From NCBI GenBank assembly GCA_003707115.1, contig PPNB01000002.1, positions 372,001 to 436,000 of the forward strand: a DNA stretch of 64,000 bases. The letters are read 5' to 3'. Every line of letters begins with the position of its first letter. Positions within the stretch are counted from its first letter, which is position 1. A model generated the notes under the pieces. That model was not told where the DNA came from, made no database searches, and was given only the letters and a program-made list of their open reading frames with translations. The position numbers and the translations under genes were made by a program. This DNA comes from Tortispora ganteri. Its lineage: Eukaryota. Shown in pieces: positions 63,688 to 64,000 of the stretch.

Positions 63688-64000
63688 TTATTCTTCGGCG
63701 AGATGAGCGTATTCTGGCATTTCCAGAAGTCGTGAATTAAGGAATGCTTCAAGTTTGTTCGCGTTCTTGTAGTAGGTTGTGTGTTCGTTGTTGTATTGTC
63801 TGCAATTCGAGCAAATGAGACGAGCATCGTGTAGGAACTCTTCCATGGTAGTGTAGTGGTCTGATTCGAGTTTGTGTTCCATTGTTGCGAGATCCATTGG
63901 CTCTTTTATAATTTCGTAGTAATCAGCGACCTCATCCTTGTTCACGGGTTGAGCGAATGGCCATGAGGATGGATGATTCTGGAGTTCTGACAGCAAATGT
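63688..64000 (-). CDS. GCN5: Histone acetyltransferase Gcn5, C-terminal bromodomain (partial; gene extends beyond the window)
   Basis: [53 protein letters not shown]. Confidence 0.9.
   Translation of the reverse strand, partial: HLLSELQNHPSSWPFAQPVNKDEVADYYEIIKEPMDLATMEHKLESDHYTTMEEFLHDARLICSNCRQYNNEHTTYYKNANKLEAFLNSRLLEMPEYAHLAEE

Overview
Eukaryotic, gene-dense fungal DNA, most likely from an early-diverging Saccharomycotina yeast. It encodes complex I, mitochondrial ClpP and an API5-like protein, uses CTG for Leu at a conserved position, and has few introns with TACTAAC-type branch points. There are about 40 protein-coding genes, mostly housekeeping (LRO1, IWR1, RPC25, NUO51, APD1, RER2, CDC4, CDH1, SRP40, NCE103, COQ3, VPS60, PRE5, VPS55, TRS120, AVT1, ABZ1, SWP1, GPI14, RPP0, YDJ1, VAM7, TGL4, MRPL44, GIS2, VTC2/3, SAE2/CTP1, COX5, GCN5), and many convergent pairs abut or overlap. 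No tRNA, rRNA, CRISPR array or intact transposon was recognised. Most notable: (1) a predicted 540-nt 5'UTR intron of COX5 containing a long self-complementary structure with two internal copies of the complement of its own 5' splice site; (2) a 1610-aa GHKL/sacsin-like ATPase fused to a C-terminal HExxH zincin motif; (3) a Sec3 homologue that stops right after its coiled coil; (4) an EngB/Mrx8-like protein with an eroded P-loop; (5) a spliced ATG44 (mitofissin) microprotein gene only partly captured by the ORF track; (6) a hairpin-rich GIS2 leader; (7) an AT-rich 1.8-kb gene-free gap that is a centromere candidate. All gene calls are by motif recognition from memory; no database search was run.
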